Positions 26,092-39,500 of a stretch of DNA of 60,273 nucleotides are shown here, piece by piece. Within the stretch, counting starts at the first letter, position 1, and every line of letters begins with the position of its first letter. The DNA is from Raillietiella orientalis. Its lineage: Eukaryota. Location of the stretch: assembly GCA_036172245.1 (NCBI GenBank), contig JAYWIR010000102.1:124001-184273 (forward strand), read 5' to 3'. The position numbers and the translations under genes were made by a program. A model generated the notes under the pieces. The model made no database searches. It worked only from the letters and a program-made list of their open reading frames with translations, and was not told the origin of the DNA.

Positions 26092-29000
26092 ACTCGGTGC
26101 GCTGAGCGCAGAGGGTTCAGAGACGATGGCGACCATGGATGTCAGGCTTAGTCCTGCAGTTGGAGCGTTTCGACGAGGTTGGACTCGTGCAAGAGCAGCA
26201 CGCGTGGTTTCGGAGAACTCGTCTTCTCCCTGGTACTGCCGAAAAGGGGATAAGCGAATCGCCTCCATCGTATTCACTTCAAAAGCCTCCCCTCCTTCTG
26301 AAGGTCTCGAAGTTCCTGTCCGAACCAGACCACACCGTCGGGCAGGAGAATGCGTGTTCCACAGCTCTTGCAAGAGCGCACTTTGCCCTTCGGAGAACTT
26401 CCCACTTTTTCGGATGTCTTCTCGGGCGAAGCCTTCGCAGCAGCGCGCTAAACGCCCTCTTTCGCAAAAGGAATCGTCTGCAAATCCCCTGCTTCCTGCT
26501 TTGCCTTTCTCTTCTTCATTTGGGGTTCGGTGCTCAAAGGGGGATGCGAAGGTGTGGTTTCGGATCGGTAGACTCGTCTATCGGTTCGAATTCGGTGGTT
26601 TGAAATCTCCGTTGGCCGCTCAGCTTGAGATGTTTCGCAACGCTCCGTTGCGCAATTCCGAAGACGTCACTAAGATTTCGTTTTTCTCCCTTTCGAGTGC
26701 TTCCTGAAGTGTCGGCAATCACGCGTCTCGCGCAACTGATGAACTGTTCTTCGTCGATGAGATGCATACTATCGTTTTAGAATGGACATCCACCTTTGAA
26801 TGAAGGCACCGAGCATGCGCGAATGCAAGTGCAAGAACTGAGAGGAAAATCCTGTCTTCTGCGGGAAAAGTGGCCGAAATCTAGTAGTGGATGGGTGGAA
26901 ATCCCTTATGCATACGAAAAAGATGGTGAGAATGATTTCTGGTTCAGAACTGCCTTCCCGTAGAATCTCTGAGGAACGCCATTGCAAGTTTCTGTGCCTC
27001 TGCCTTGACTGAGCAGATTTGCTCTTTGGTTCCAGTGCCGGGAGAGGTCAGGAAAATGGTCGAGACTTCCTCCTCCCGTTACAGAGATTCAACCTGCGTG
27101 AAGTTCTTTGAGGTTCCTGCATATAGCGAGAAATTCCACGTGCGGATCCGCATGGAAAACTTCTACGAGGCGTCGGTTGGCTACGCATACAATAGGAAGG
27201 GGCAGCTGAATTACCAAAACATTAGCCTTCGTAGAAACACCGAGGTAACGAACAGCCATGTATCCGAACATCACGATGGGGTGCGCACAAAGGGAGATAT
27301 CTGTGGGAAGACCATCCGCATTCACCGCGAAAGGGTCGAACAGGGTGGCGTTTCCAGAAGCACTCCTTCTGACCTCTGATCAGACCGTTTTGACGGGTCG
27401 GCTGACTGCGGGTCTTGCGATACGATTGGGACTTCCGACCTGAGGATGTTGTGGTGCGCCGCCGGCTCGTTGCGTGTGAGGTAAACGCGCTACGCGCGCT
27501 ACGAATCCGATCGGTCCACCGCGCATCGGCGGCTGAGCAGCTGAGACGTAGATTCCCCTGCGCTGGATGGAGAGGGTGGAATCTGAGCACCCACGCGTCA
27601 TGAAAGCGGTTTGGCTGTTGAAAATTCAAGCGTCCCTCAAAGCACTTTATCTTTTTGACAATGCAAAGACACGGTACTATCGGCGGGGGGGTGGGGGGAC
27701 ATTTTTCGAGTTCTCGATCTGATGAGCGGATCTGTCTGGAGAGAAAATGGTTGTTGCCATAGCAAGGCAACTAGGTGATCTCGGTCTGTGGCCGGAAGTA
27801 AGGAAGTCGCTTGCTTTCAGCGCTCGTGCAACGTTCATGTGCAGTCATGAGAACACGTGACTGGAACGGAATAAGCAATCTTCCGAAATTCATATGCAAA
27901 TACACGCGGCATCACTCGTACGGATATTGAACTCATTGACGCTTCTTCAATTTCCATTCTCTGATAGTAAACGCTTCCCCTATTAGATGATCGGCGTGGT
28001 GCATGAGATGGGACACACCCTAGGATTGAACGAAGAGCATAACCGCCCAGACAGGGATCAAAACATTATGATCAATTGGGACAATGTGATGCCACAAGCC
28101 AAAAGCTCTCTAACAGTTTTCGAAGACTGCAATACCTACGGCGTTCCCTATGACTACAACAGCGTCATGCAGTACATTTTTAACGTGAGTATCGCCACGA
28201 GTGCACAGAAATGAATGAAAGGTTGCAAAGATGGCGGCGGACTTTCTTTGCTGTAAGCAATAAGAATGCAGGAAACCACCGCCTAGCGAGGCAATGAGAT
28301 CACTTCTTTGGCTGGCTGCAAAGAATGATGCTCAGTCGGCTCTTAATCGTAGCGAGAGACTTAATCTGATCTCCACATGAATTGGATTTCCGTGTTTTTC
28401 TCGTTCAACATCTCTCATTCCGGTTTCCGCTTGGACCTTTCCGTTTTCATGCTTACGCGACTTTGGCTTGCCATCCATCACTGCGTACACTTATTCGAAG
28501 CTCCGCATCCCTTATGAAACCTTTTCGTCTCGGCACCAGAGATGCGGATGAAGCGCACCCAAAATGTGCGATGCTACGAAGAGATTTCGCGGCCACACGA
28601 AGGTCACTCGAAACAACGTTTTGGGAGAGTTTCCTACCGACTGCTTCCTTCCCAATGCAGAATATCCAGTTTTTTCTTCTTCTCGGTACGATAGGCCGCC
28701 ACTCCTACGACGAGCTAGGGAAAGTGTATTTCCTGAAACGGGAAGTGTTTGTTTGTCGGCAGTGCAAAATTTCGCGCGAGCGCGCACGATGTGCGTGCAG
28801 ATTCCGATGCACGGCACGTGCGAGTCCGAATTTCTTCACGACACTCCTAGAAACACACCCGATATTCAAGGAGAGCCCTTTCTTGGGAGTTCACGGAATC
28901 GGAGGCATCTAAGAGAACTCTGAAACTGCAGTGCACAACGTGCGGAGTCTCCAAAGCACATGCCGTGTCCGCGTGTTAGCCTCGAGGGGAATCGAAAGCA

Positions 29001-32000
29001 CACGGGAATCAACAGGAGGTACGCCGAAATTCGTGTGCAGTGCAGGGGATGTGTTCCGTGTTAAAAGATCCTCCCATGGGTTATCCGTGAAGGATAGAAT
29101 AGTATTTCCAAAAGACAAAGTATCCATTTTAAGCCTGATGACGGTAAAAATATGCATTCTTCTGCTTGAAGACAAAGAGGAAAAAATCCTGCGCCCTTTC
29201 TTACTGAAAAACAAGAAAGCTTTTCTGGAGTCCAGTTGGTTCGCAGTCACGCAACTGGAACAGTACCATGGTTCCAGCCCATCGTTGTCGAGAAACGCAT
29301 CTTGTTCTCCTTTTCACCGGCGGAAACTTGGATGGAGCAGAATCCAACCTACTCAAATCACGTGTTTGCGTTCTCCTTAAAGGATGGCTGAACTGAGGCT
29401 GTACCGCAAACTTGAAATGCAACCACGGCGTTGCACGGGACAGGTTCGCCACGCTCTTCACGCCGCGGAATATGCTGCTCTTTCCTCCTTCCGTTCTGCA
29501 CATCAAGTAAGCCAAACCAGCACACCGAAGGCGGTGTCTGGAACCCTATTTCCGAGGCCCTCAAGTTTATCCAAGATAAATCTCTCACTGCCAGATCCGC
29601 AGAGCTCAGGGGTCAGCAGTCCGGGGCAGCTGCGAACAGCGAGTTACCGTCCTCCTCTGGCAGAGTTAGTAGGGCCACACTCGCCGTTGATTTTGTTCCA
29701 GCCCGAAGTACTCGAGTAGACGGGTCGCCCTTCTAACAGAAGTGGGCACCGAACTTCGGGGCCACCCCAAAGTCCAGTGCAAAGTTCCACTCTCGCGAAA
29801 TCGCTCTCTTTCAAACGGAACCTGACGCGCTGGCTGGAAGATCAGGCAAAGGCGCATTTGGCCACACTGCGATCCGCCATTCGGAAGGGAACGCCAGCAA
29901 CTCAGGGGAGAGTGAGGAAACAGGCCCGCGGATCATGAAGGGATACGCATGCAAACCATGGTATTCAGTTCCCGGTACAACTGGAGGCAGATGCTTTGGA
30001 TGCTCAGCTTTGATTCCATTTGCACGCTGGAGGTCCACCGGAGACGAATTCCGCCTGCTCAATTCCAAGAGTGAACCGAGCGAACCCCGTATTCCCGTGG
30101 TTGTGACAAGGGCGCGTGACATGGAACGTTCTGCTTGCAGCTTCCCTTCTCAAATGCTGAGCGCCTTCAGCCTCAAAAGCGACTGTTGCTATTCGAAGAG
30201 ACGGGAGTGTGCCCCCGCACTTGCGGTTTCCTCTCGCAAGCAACCCCACGTTGCTGATTTTCGCAGCCGCGTGACCACGGAAACAAGCTGGCACAAGAGA
30301 AAGAGATACGGAAATCTCATCACGGTGCATTTTCAGAGAGCCACAATGATGGAAGATCAGTGATTAAAGAAGGTTTCCTGTCCTCTTTGTGCAAGCTGTT
30401 CTTAGTCGCAGGGAGAGGGTGTCATGAATTGAAATTCTCTTTTAATGATTTTCTATGGAAGATTTTCGCGGTCGTACAGAATGTGAATTTTTCATTCCAT
30501 GAAATAAAGAACACGATTCGTGCGCCCGCGAAAGAGAATACGCGAATAGAGAAGCTGAGAAGCGGATTTACAAAAAGATACAAATAAATCTCTGGAAAGA
30601 TTTACTCCAACATCGTTTCAAACACACAGGTTGATGCGGTAGAGAAACAGCCGACTTCTGAAGTTACATTCAGAACTTCAGAAATCGGAACCTTTCGCAC
30701 CCTATTTCTGCTATGAGTGTTCCGTCCCAAGTCTTGTGAGCGCAATTGTGGTTTAGCAAAAGCAACTTGTTCTTCTATTTTCCTCCTTCGTCTCCCATTG
30801 GACGCATCAACGACAAGTAGAGAAGCACAACTAGCCCAATAGCAAAACCACGGACATTCCTGGAATGCAGAAAGACAAAAACCATCTATGAAAGCTGACT
30901 AGTGCAAAGTTCGAACCGAAGAAATCTCCAACGGACGTGCAAAGGATCCACAAGAGAGAAACATCTCAAATATTTGCCCTCTCGCAATAAGAGTGTGATT
31001 GCCAAGATGAAAAACTCCGTCTTATCCCGATGCAGCTTCCATGTTTCTAAATGTTCTAAAGAAGGTTGGTCGGTGAAAAGAGTCATTTCGTTTCCGGTTT
31101 CTCCAACAAGTGTTGCTCCTTCGCAAAGGCAACCTTGACATTTGCCTTTGACAGTACTCGCAGAGGTAGGCGGAAGGATGACAAAGAGAGAAACTCACGC
31201 CATTTCGCCTGCAACAGGTGTTTTCTGACTTGCGTTGGAAACTGCTCCCGTTTTCCCTGGAATGAAAAGGAATCTTTAAAACTTGCTTTAAAAGGAATCC
31301 ACGTTGCACCCGGCCAGAATAGCAGACTACAAGGTCCTAAGTGTTGCCGATCGGAATGGCCGATGAAGAAAAAACAAAAAACCCACGTCCGATTCACGCA
31401 ACAGTGACGTCATTGCGTGTTCTTCACGGCGTCAGCAACGAAAGACAGCTCCTCTTCGGGAGGGGTAGGAGTCGAAATTCCGGAACGTAGGAAGACGGGG
31501 TCTACGTAAGAAAGCTGACCATTGTGAAGGTCGAACCGGAGGCATCGGCATCGGATGCGACCTGTAGCGCAGCTCCTTCAAATTCCCTGCCGCACGTTCG
31601 TGGCTTGCACGTGCGACCTCTTCCCACTGCTGCTCTGCAGGAATGAGCCGGGGGTCAGCCCCGTGAAATGGGCGCGTGCACATGCCAAACGCCACCTTGA
31701 ACGACAGCAACTGCGTCACCGCTCGTTCGAAGCGTGCAACTCCATGGACAACTCTTCCCTCTGGGGAAATCCGTTCGACATTCTTCCTGCAGGCTCTCCT
31801 GCGGGATGCAAAGGCACACCACTCAACGCCCACGATCGTGGAGGTGCGGCGCCTGCTGGCGAAATCGCGACGGCCGCTAGCCGAGCGAAAGAGCGGCATC
31901 GCAATTTGCGCAAAACATCGCGTCCAACAGAAGGCACCGACTCTTTTACCTGCCAGAGGGTACGAGTGGTCACTTGAACGGAATGCTCCCGCAGCAGGCA

Positions 32001-33211
32001 AGCTGCCGAACGATTCGTGCAGGCCGGAATCACCCCCAAAACGTTGGAACGCCCCGCCCATCGTGATTTCTCCCGACATCCATGATTCCCCTGAAGCCAA
32101 CGCCACGACCCAGAGAGCGCATTCTCTAGGAAAGCCATTTGCAATCGATTTCAGGTTTATGGAAAGGAAGGAGCCGAAACCATGGCAACCGTGGATATTA
32201 CGAAACAGTACCTCTTGGGTCACAATCCTGGATACTTAACTCACCGGAACCTGCTGCTTATCAACAGAATCTACGGCTGCACGGGTATGCGTGGGCGCCT
32301 CGAGTAAAGCAGCCCGCGAGCGACAGCAGATGACTGGCTGAGAAGCTGCCGAAAATCCCGCGACCCGTGCGAAAACGGCGGGTTCGTAGGACGAGACTGT
32401 GCTTGCGTGTGCCCACCTGGAACGCAGGGAGAGCGTTGCGAAGCAGTCACCGGAGAGTACTACCGTAAGCTGCAATCCAAACCCCTTTCTCTGCGTGCGT
32501 GCGCTCCTGACAACGGAAACACCCCCTCCAGCGGCCAATCCCCTCGGTTGCGGGGAAACCATCACAAGTTCGAAGCGGATTGCGACATCCACGCAAGATG
32601 AACTAGCAGATTGCGTCTGGTACATCAAAGCACCACCGCGCCATCGAGTCGAGCTGGTCATCGAGCGGATTTCCTTCTACAGCCCGAATCCAAGGTGCTC
32701 GTTGGGATCTCTCACGCTCCGTACCACTGGCGATCCGTACAAAGGGAAAACGTGAGTATCGCGCGTTGCGCACAATCCAAAACCCCTTCCGGGAGCCGCA
32801 TGCGGTCAGGAGCGCCACCCCCCATGTCGAACCCTTCCTCCTGGTGCGCATACAGCGCCCGCGGTTGCGGCAGCAGTTTGCCGGGCAGTTCTCGGAGCTG
32901 CCCTTCCTATCGTGAGGAAACAGCGTCGTTCCGCCGCGCAGTTGGAGCGCGCGACAGCCCGAGAGCGACCACGGCGCACACCGCGCGTTGCTGCCAAGAA
33001 CGATCCCTTGCTCGGAATCGAATGGCACGAGGGCTCCAGAGTCCGAGGAGTGCATTCTAATCAGCAATCTTCCCCCAGCTACTGCAAGAATGACGACTTC
33101 TTCCCCGGACAGAGGATCCGATCGGATGGCCAGCATATGGTCGTGCACTGGTACAGGAACGTGTACGAGGGTCGCTTCGGCTTCCAGGCGGAAGTGAATT
33201 TCTCCCGATAG
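26092..33211 (+). CDS. Astacin (M12A) metalloprotease with EGF and CUB domains, BP10/SpAN-like; exons 26092-26303, 27036-27244, 27987-28184, 32155-32284, 32330-32464, 32532-32751, 33079-33211; signal-peptide exons probably ~25750-26050 (uncertain)
   Basis: Catalytic domain: STCVKF, SVG...QNISL, HEMGHTLGLNEEHNRPDRD, YGVPYDYNSVMQY Met-turn, INRIYGC. EGF: DPCENGGFVGRDCACVCPPGTQGERCE. CUB: GCGETI...CVWYIKAP...RVEL...YC...GFQA. The listed GT-AG junctions are phase-consistent. Confidence 0.9.
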
Positions 33212-33599
33212 TCGGGCAGAGAGGAGACGACAGGTGCTTCTGACCACGGAAGCAGATTGCGGGCAATCACATCGAAGTTGTCGTGGCTGAACGCCAGTGT
33301 ACGGTTTCTTAGTTGCGGCCCCGCAGTCGGGCCAGGTCACACGGGGACGCAGCAAGCCACCAGCCACGCTCACAGCTACCCGGCACACCCGTGACCTTCC
33401 TGGCGCGCGCATTAGCGAACAGTGCGCTCCTGCCTACAGAGTGCACGCGCCCTCCCGACGAGCGTCCTTTCCTTCTCCACGTGGTCCATCGAAATGGGGT
33501 TCCGATAGCGCTTGGACTCCGTCTCGTACGTGTGTCGTCTCTCGGTCCAGAAGCACGCGCCCTAGCTCTGCCCATATCGGAGGTTTCGGGCGGGATGAC

Positions 33600-36500
33600 G
33601 GTTTCTGTTTTCCGAAGCCCGCGGGCATGGCGGCGGCCCTGCGGACCGAGAGCTCGCGTTCGACACGAGGCCGAAGGCGAAGGCCGCATCGGCGAGAGCT
33701 TTGCTATCTCGTTCGCAGCTGCCTCGGCGCGCGACGTCCGACGTCAAGCGACCCAGTGGTGGCACGGGTGCAACAAGTCACGGCGCGCTCATCCAGGCGT
33801 CGATTCTTTGCTTCTTTCCTCCGGGACGCTGTAGCTCCTTCAACGGCAGGAGATCCAGTTTCGCCCTGCCAGCTGGTCGGGAAACAGCCCGAGTTGCTCG
33901 GATGAGCGGAGCTGCCGCGTCTGAAGAAACGCGGCCCCTTGGTGGCCCGCGCTCAGGATGGCAGAGGCGCTCCCTTCGGTTGGCAGGTCATCGTCCTGCG
34001 CTCCCCAAGCTGGACAACCCCAGACCCACGTGACATCTTGAGAGGCGACTTGTTTCCTGAGAGCGCGCCGCCCAGGTGGCGCTCTGAGCGCCCTGCCTCC
34101 CATGTGCGGTTTGGTTTTCTGGCGGGAAATGGCGTCCAGGAGGGCCGATGCAAAGAGGAGAGCAACCAGCGGTTCGGGCAGCAGCAATCCGCGCTCCGGG
34201 GCCACACTTCGTGTTCGTCCCGCTGCAGACAGTTTCGCTCCAACCTCCAGCACCCACGCCACTGGAGGATGCGAACGCCAGCAGCGACGAGCATCACGAA
34301 CATCAACGTGTCGTCCTCGACCACGGCCGGTCGCCAACAATGCAGCGGTCTCCCGTGCCACGGGCGAGGGACAGCCGCATCGTTGGTGACCTGCTTCCGG
34401 ATCAAGCGGGTCGGAGCAAGCACCGGGTGCATCAACTCCTCCACGCGGGGCACCTGAGCACGGAGAGGCAGTATACCCCGGACGCATCGCTGCTCACCAG
34501 CTGGGCCATGGCTCGCAAGGCACCGTCTGGAGCGAATGACCTCTCATGTCCCCTCGCCCGATGCTCGTCGACCCCGCGGGCGACAGTAGCACATAGACTA
34601 GGACCTCGGCTGGGGTGCACCCCCTCGATCGGGCGGCCTGAAGGCGCGTCGGTTTCGTCCCTGGTCGTCCGTAAATCCCGCTGCTCCTGAACGGATGGTT
34701 GAGTTCTCCTTCATGGTGCAACGCGCCGCCACGAGGGAGACCTCTGATCCCTTCCGGTGGTTCCGAGGACTCTCCTCCAAACAGGCCGAGGGCTGCCGGG
34801 ACGCGCATACTCGGAAACGCCCGCTGAGGGAGTCTCCCTGCTGCCGTACCCCTTTATAGAAAAGTCGGTGGCAGGACGCTTGGTGCTGCCACGTCACGAA
34901 CACGACAAGTGGAACCTGCCGAAAGATGGCCCACGAGGTCCGCCTCGGCAGCAAAAGAGACGGGGATAAACATAAATAAAAATAAAATAAAAACATAAAT
35001 ATAAAAAAAAAAATCTGGTGGGTTCGGGAAGAGATCACTGTCTGCTGGATGACGTTCTTTGCATCCTTTCATGCAAGTTCCTGTTTGAAGACTTCCAGAT
35101 CTGGCCATCTTGACACTGTCTTCATGAGGAGGACAGAAAAATAGATGACGTCCCTGTCTCTCTGACCTCCTCTGGCGTTGCTCCATGCAGCCACGATCTC
35201 GCGTAGGCAGCAAAGTGCTACCAGGGATGCGGCCGGAGTGAGAGCATCGCTCAGGAAGAGGCGCTCTACAAACGTCTCTGGGGTTGCCCTCGGGGATCTG
35301 CAGGGACGCGGCAAAGCGTTCCCTCAGAGGACGGAGGGTAACACGATCCCCGAACAGGTGCGGGAGAGACTACCTTCCTTCCCACCTGCTGCAGTTCGGG
35401 ATTCCATTCTCCAGGGTCAAGTGGTGTCGGCGAGCGTTGCACCGACGACCCCAATGCAACAGTAGGATCGCCGACTCCCGCCACTTTAGCGGGAGGGTTG
35501 CCATGTCTCAACACGCCGGGGACCGCTTCAACTCATTCGGAGAGGTTTGTAACAGCTCTCCCCAGAATAGAAGTCCTTTGGGTGGGGCACTCGGAATGGC
35601 AGAGTCCGCCAGTTGTCCACGTATTCAGATGTTTTGTTTTGTTGTCTATGATGCACGTCACTTCTCCCCTTGAAGGAAAGCTGTTGTTCCTTGCTTGCAG
35701 TAGGAAGAGCAGCACGGCAGCGAGATTCCTGGTGTTACCCAGCATCTTCCACAACGACTGACGGGTGTATTTGCTGCTTCGCATGCAGTTGTACACCGCC
35801 TCGCTCGCGACGTTGACTTTTCCCCATGAAAGAACAGTCTCCTGCAACCAGGCAGTTTAGTTCGCGGGGTAAGTGGAGATCCGGGGATTCCTTCGGCCCA
35901 AGGCAACCATTTGTCGGAGCTGTGAGACCAGGTGGATCGAACTTCGCTCGGTGGCCACGACAAGGAAAGACCGTCCCTCGCAGCCGGCTGCTCGTTTGGA
36001 GAGGATTCGCGCCTGAGCGCACCCAGGTGTGGTCTACAGTGTAAACGCCAGGACGAGTTTTCGGAACAGGAGCCGACGCTACATTCGCTCCAGCGCGAGG
36101 AGGCCCAGTCCACCATCCATATACGGAGCGAACAGGGCGTGTAATGGGAATCTGGACCTTCCTGCACTCCATACAGATTTACTGAGGAGGTTCTCGTTCC
36201 TCTCGTTGATTGTCGAAGGGGTAAGGCAGACAAAAAGCAAGAAGAGCACGACCGGAGCCGCAAACGCGCTCGTTCCTGCAAGTGAAATCTGCCGCTCTGG
36301 ACCGGAACGATTGCCAACTCTACCTTTTGGAAACGGCCCGACAAGGCTTCTGCAGGGCAAAAGTCCCCAAAATGGAACACCAGGGTACTCGAAGCACTCG
36401 CCCGTGGCAATCTCCAAGCGGATTCAGTCCGACCGTCCGTCCTTTGTCCCACCAACCGGCACCAAGGACGACTTCGCCCTGTTCACCTCAAGTTCCGTCC

Positions 36501-39500
36501 CGCAGCTAAGCCGCTAGAAGAAGCCCTCGGGTGCTGAACGCCAAGACGGACATGGGGAGCAGCAGCAGAAGATCGTCAGCATAAGCGGAACCTGCCAAGC
36601 GTGTCCGGACACGAGCTCGGCAGAGTTGCCAGAGTCTCCCTGTATGCTCTCAGCACCAACTCGAAATAGATGCTGAAGAGCAGGGGGCTGAGGTTTTCTG
36701 CCTGCCTTGTTCCTCTGCACATCGAGATGCCGTCCATGTGACGGCCACTGAAAACGATGCTCATTAGCGCGAAGCACAAGCAGAAGCGCAGATAGAGCAC
36801 CAACACGGTTGGCAATACCATGCGTTCCAAGAGCTCCAGGAAGAGTTAATGGTCCACTCAGGAGAAAGCTATGTGCAAATCGACTGCGACATCAGGGACT
36901 TCCGACGCGTCCGTTCCTCCTTGGCTTTCCCCTTCCCGGTCACAGGACAATCCAGTTCTCGAATAGTTGAGTAATAAACGCCCCGGCACACCCGAGTAAA
37001 AAACAGCTGGCCACCGGATCCTGGAATCCGTGGTAAGTCCGGAGCAGTCCTACGCTGTTCACGGACGGTCCATGGAGGCGGACCTGTTTTTCGGGAGCGC
37101 GTGGCTCGAGCTGCAGCGACGAGTCGCACACCAAAGCCAGGCATGCGCTACAACGGCTGCCCCGGCCAAGTGCATGTGCATACACCCAGAGGAAACGCCG
37201 GGTGCCTTGGAGGCCGCGGCCCATCTCCACAAGGCGTCCGATTTTCACCCGGGTTTCGACGGGGCGTTCAGTATAAAAAAAACAACTTTAACACGTCCTG
37301 TGGCTGGACCTGTGCTTCAGGCACGCACGAAGAAACACAGAGCCTGCCGGGTCACCGGTTCGCAGACCGGTACGGTCCACCACGGCAGCAGGGGAAAGGA
37401 GGACAAACAAAAAACTAAACAAAAAGAAAAAAAAGAGTGGCAGGGTACGGGAAGGGATCACTGTTGCTGCTGGGTGCGTTGCATCCTTCGCAGGATGCCT
37501 GGATCCAGGTGGGGCCATAAAGACGACCTCTCTTAAAATTCGGAGGCGTGCTATATGGCACCCATATCGCGATTTCCTCCCATAGCCTTGCTGAAAGCGG
37601 CGACGATCCTGCGAAGGCAGCACAGGTCTGCTAACGAGGCCGCAGGTCGAAGAGAGTCGGGAACGAAGAAGGCTTTTAAGGCGTCCCTGGGATTGCCGCA
37701 GGGGATTCCGATGGCCGCGGCAAAGCGTAGCCAAAGAGGCCGAAGGACAACACAATCCACAAGGACGTGGGGAGGGACTCCCGTTCCCCACACAACCTAA
37801 CACGATTGGGGTGCACAGCTCCCCAGGTCCAGTGGTGTCGGCGGGCGTTGCAGGGGAGTCCTTAGTGCTGCAACAGTAGCGCCGACTCCTGCCATTTTAA
37901 GGGGAGGGTGGAGGTGTCCATGAGCACCGGGGCACAATTCAGATGTTCAATCGGAACATCGAGCAGCGCGACCCACCACAAGGCACCACAAGGCGTGAAC
38001 CATGAACTCCTTCTGGAGCTCTTGGAACGTCGCGGTCTTCCGGCGCACCTCGTGACCTATCTGCGCGCATGCTGGCGTCACGGGATTACTGCCATCTGTT
38101 TCAGTGGCTGCCACGTGTACGGCGTGCCGCTGCGGAGGGGCATCAGGCAGGGAGAAAGCTTAATTCCTCTGCTGTTCAGCATCTTCTTCGAGTTGTTTCT
38201 GAGGTTTGTTTATTACGACATTCTTGTTGCATTTGTACCGTACATAAGGGTTAGTTTTACAACATGTTTGTGATGTTCAATTTTACAAAGGTTTCAGTTG
38301 TCTTTGAATACACAGCTGTTGAAGGAGGAACATCGAAAGAGGGTAAGTGTATTAAGATAGCACATAGAGGGACGTTAGCACCTAAATAGCTTCTGCTATT
38401 TGAAATGCGGAAGAGCCGTCCAAAAGGATCTCATCTGCTGGAGGACCTACACTGTGATGGGGGAGGATTACTGTTTGTATTTGGGATACAGGACATAGCT
38501 CTTCCTGTGTTTGGTACATATTCTCATGGCGTAGAAGATTTCCTTTCCTTGATACCCAGAAGAGTTGGGTGTGGAGATATGCTTAATGTATACGTCCCGC
38601 GGAAACTTCATAACTTCGATACATAGATGCCTAGAGATCTCGGTAACTGTTCTTGGAGGGATTCCGAGCAATTTTAGGAGTTTATCATTTTCGGGATCCC
38701 ACTAGCCGAGCGCACCAATTACAAATGCTTGGATGATGGTGCGCAAGCCTTCTTTCTTGAGGGAGATCTCGATCTCTGCGTACTTCAGTATTTTGCACGA
38801 TCTCTTGCACGCTGTAGCGACGATGCACGATTTTCAAATGAGAAGACAACGTCAATTATGATTGCTGTTCTGCAAAAATATGTCGAAGCGAAGAGCGGAG
38901 TTGAACACATCCACTCGGCGATCCGTTTGGGCAACGGACCGTCGAGGGGAGAGGATCGTGAACAAGGTGTCGACAACAACGTTATGTCGTTGGGTGATCA
39001 TTGTCCCAAGATAAATTGGACAGTGGCACAGGACATGCTCCACTATTTCTTTTGCATAGCCACCTCTAAGGCATTGCTCAAGTTCACTAGGCGTTTTCCG
39101 ATTTCCGTTGAGAAAGAAGTGGTGCAAACGGTCATGGTGTATGAAACGCCAGTCTGCGAAGCGGAATGCATCACATGTAGGCAGGAATGACATGGAGGCT
39201 TCGTGGAGGGCTAGAAATTCTATTATCATACCTTGGTCTGGCTTGGCTAGAAGTGATAGTGAGCACGTATCGTTCGTGCTGCTTGTCGACGCCGCGGAAT
39301 GGGGAGGGTTTGGGGGTTTTCATGTTCGCGGAAGGATAGAGAGAGAGTCACATTATTGTCATAAGTGTTCCACGTTATGGGAAGGTGCTTCCTTGCTTCC
39401 CGTAATGTGGACCACATTGTGCAGGGGGATCACCACTTGGGCGGTCTAAGGGGGACGAACAGCATCCATTGAGGAACCGAGTAAACGGAACCAAGTTTGG

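Noticed and set aside
37241..37270. Twister ribozyme resemblance of the terminal motif (CCCGGGTGAAA)
   Set aside because: The loop is not conserved among the four copies and the twister pseudoknot partners are absent.
38370..38440. Hammerhead- or HDV-like ribozyme in the 3' UTR (CAGATGAG..TCC-TTTT-GGACG; GCTAA)
   Set aside because: Core residues are missing: CAGA instead of CUGA, no GAAA, and no GG for P1.1.
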